45,905 nt of DNA from a virus (Duplodnaviria; Heunggongvirae; Uroviricota; Caudoviricetes), in IMG/VR virus record IMGVR_UViG_643348547_000010, positions 1 through 45,905 of that record; one strand, 5' to 3'. The translations under genes were made by a program, and so were the position numbers. Positions 44,655 through 45,905 of this stretch are shown here, one piece after another. Under the pieces are notes generated by a model. It did not search any database, was not told where the DNA came from, and saw only the letters and a program-made list of their open reading frames with translations. Each line of letters begins with the position of its first letter. Position 1 is the first letter of the stretch.

Positions 44655-45905
44655 TTATTCCCCCGCTATCCACTTCTCAAACTTCGACGGGGAGAACGGA
44701 ATCAGATCCGTATGCTCCCCGTCAATCCATGAATCAATCATATCGGCCCACTGCTGCAACATGTAGGCGCGCTGTCTGGCGTATTCCGCTTTGTTATATA
44801 CGGCGCGCACACCTTTCTGCTCATGTGCCAGAGCCTTTTCAATCCAGTCTGAAGGATAACCAGCCTCATGCAACAACGTACTGGCTGTACGGCGCATATC
44901 GTGTACGGTGAAGCCCTGAATATGCTCACCATCTTCATTTATTATTTTCACCGTTCTGTCGATCAGAGAGTTCAGCGCGGCATTAGATAATGGCTTCCGG
45001 AAATTGTAACGACCAGGAACCAGATATTCACTTCCACCAGCGCACATCTGCAACCCAACCAATATATCCTGTGCCTGTTTAGGCAGGTAAATAACGTGCG
45101 CCCGGCTTCCCTTCATGCGGTCTGAAGGAATTGTCCATGTCCATTTTTTAAAATCTATTTCATCCCACGTTGCATTGGTGAATTCGCCTTTACGAACCAT
45201 AGTGATAAGCACCAGCTTTAAAGCCATTTTCATAGTGCCCATAGCACCAATGGCATCCAGCGTGCGGAAGAACAGGCCAATTTCTTCTGGTGTCAGTGTT
45301 CGCTCTCGTGGTTTAAATATGGCGATAGACGAAGGTTTAATGTCAGCCGCAGGATTAAACAAACCATGACCACGGTCATTGGCGTGACGGTATACGCTGC
45401 TGATGATCTCCCTGGCCTGTACTGCTGTTGCCCGACCACCGCGTTCGACAATCCGGTCACACAAATCACGAACCATCGATGTGGTAATTTCAGCCATCAT
45501 TTTGTTACCAAGAACAGGAAGTATGTCACGGTCGATCACCGCCTGCTTCATTGCGCGGGTACTGTCAGCCAGGATGACGTGTTTCATATAACTGTCGGTA
45601 TGTACCGCAAACGTCTCGGCACCACGAATCTTTTTGATACCGTCACGTTTAGCCGCAGCCGGTGACTGGCCTGCTTTAAGCAGCTTCTTTGCAGCAATCA
45701 GTTCTTCTCGCGCTTCTGCCAGGCTGATACCGTCACGCCCATACTGCCCGATTACCAGTGTTTCGCGGCGACCGTTGATACGGTAGTCATAGCGAAACGA
45801 GACCGTGCCTGACGTAAGCACAGCTACATACAGCCCGTCACGATCGGAGACCTTGTACAGTTTGTCCTGCGGCTTGAGGTTTTTTAATTTTGTATCGGTA
45901 AGCAC
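44655..45905 (-). CDS. int: Tyrosine integrase (P4/CP4-type), 5' end at or beyond the window edge
   Basis: 416-aa ORF; N-terminal LTDTKLKNLKPQDKLYKVSDRDGLYVAV and C-terminal catalytic region (...HDMRRTASTLLHEAGYPSDWIEKALAHE...); reaches the last base of the window. Confidence 0.9.
   Translation of the reverse strand: MLTDTKLKNLKPQDKLYKVSDRDGLYVAVLTSGTVSFRYDYRINGRRETLVIGQYGRDGISLAEAREELIAAKKLLKAGQSPAAAKRDGIKKIRGAETFAVHTDSYMKHVILADSTRAMKQAVIDRDILPVLGNKMMAEITTSMVRDLCDRIVERGGRATAVQAREIISSVYRHANDRGHGLFNPAADIKPSSIAIFKPRERTLTPEEIGLFFRTLDAIGAMGTMKMALKLVLITMVRKGEFTNATWDEIDFKKWTWTIPSDRMKGSRAHVIYLPKQAQDILVGLQMCAGGSEYLVPGRYNFRKPLSNAALNSLIDRTVKIINEDGEHIQGFTVHDMRRTASTLLHEAGYPSDWIEKALAHEQKGVRAVYNKAEYARQRAYMLQQWADMIDSWIDGEHTDLIPFSPSKFEKWIAGE

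Noticed and set aside
44655-45905. Attachment site (attL/attR) and core repeat
   Set aside because: Integrase reaches the window edge; the att site is expected beyond the window and no candidate direct repeat could be evaluated.

Overview
The window is almost entirely prophage DNA with mosaic architecture. The right part (about 34.0-45.9 kb) is a lambdoid-style early region: a partial tyrosine integrase at the window edge, AlpA/Xis-like protein, MT-A70-type adenine methyltransferase, RecT plus PD-(D/E)xK exonuclease, a double-HTH repressor without a peptidase domain, a divergent Cro-like gene, and lambda O/P-like replication genes with ori iterons inside the O-like gene. The middle (about 12.5-34.0 kb, minus strand) is a T7-like virion module: terS, terL, portal, scaffold, major capsid, gp11/gp12-like adaptor and nozzle, gp14/15/16-like internal proteins. 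A large tail fibre/tailspike (6448-9567) and a lysis cassette (holin-like proteins, GH19 endolysin, Rz with embedded Rz1) follow. Between the internal-protein genes and the tailspike lies a plus-strand island with an AntA-like antirepressor, a stand-alone paralog of its C-terminal domain, and an unknown 211-aa protein. A phage-encoded tRNA-Arg(UCU) and a repeat-rich small gene sit between portal and terminase. Three IS629 copies are present: one carries a group II intron (RT/maturase ORF, clear domain V) and splits a secreted-protein gene with a 4-bp target duplication; a full copy abutting an inverted truncated copy splits an internal virion protein gene, so the prophage is probably defective. 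The most striking sequence-level signal is a 17-bp palindrome family (ATTACC-N5-GGTAAT), at least 14 copies, all intergenic, at early promoters, the antirepressor island, the tRNA promoter and upstream of terS. All functional calls are from reading the translated ORFs and DNA by eye; no database search was run.
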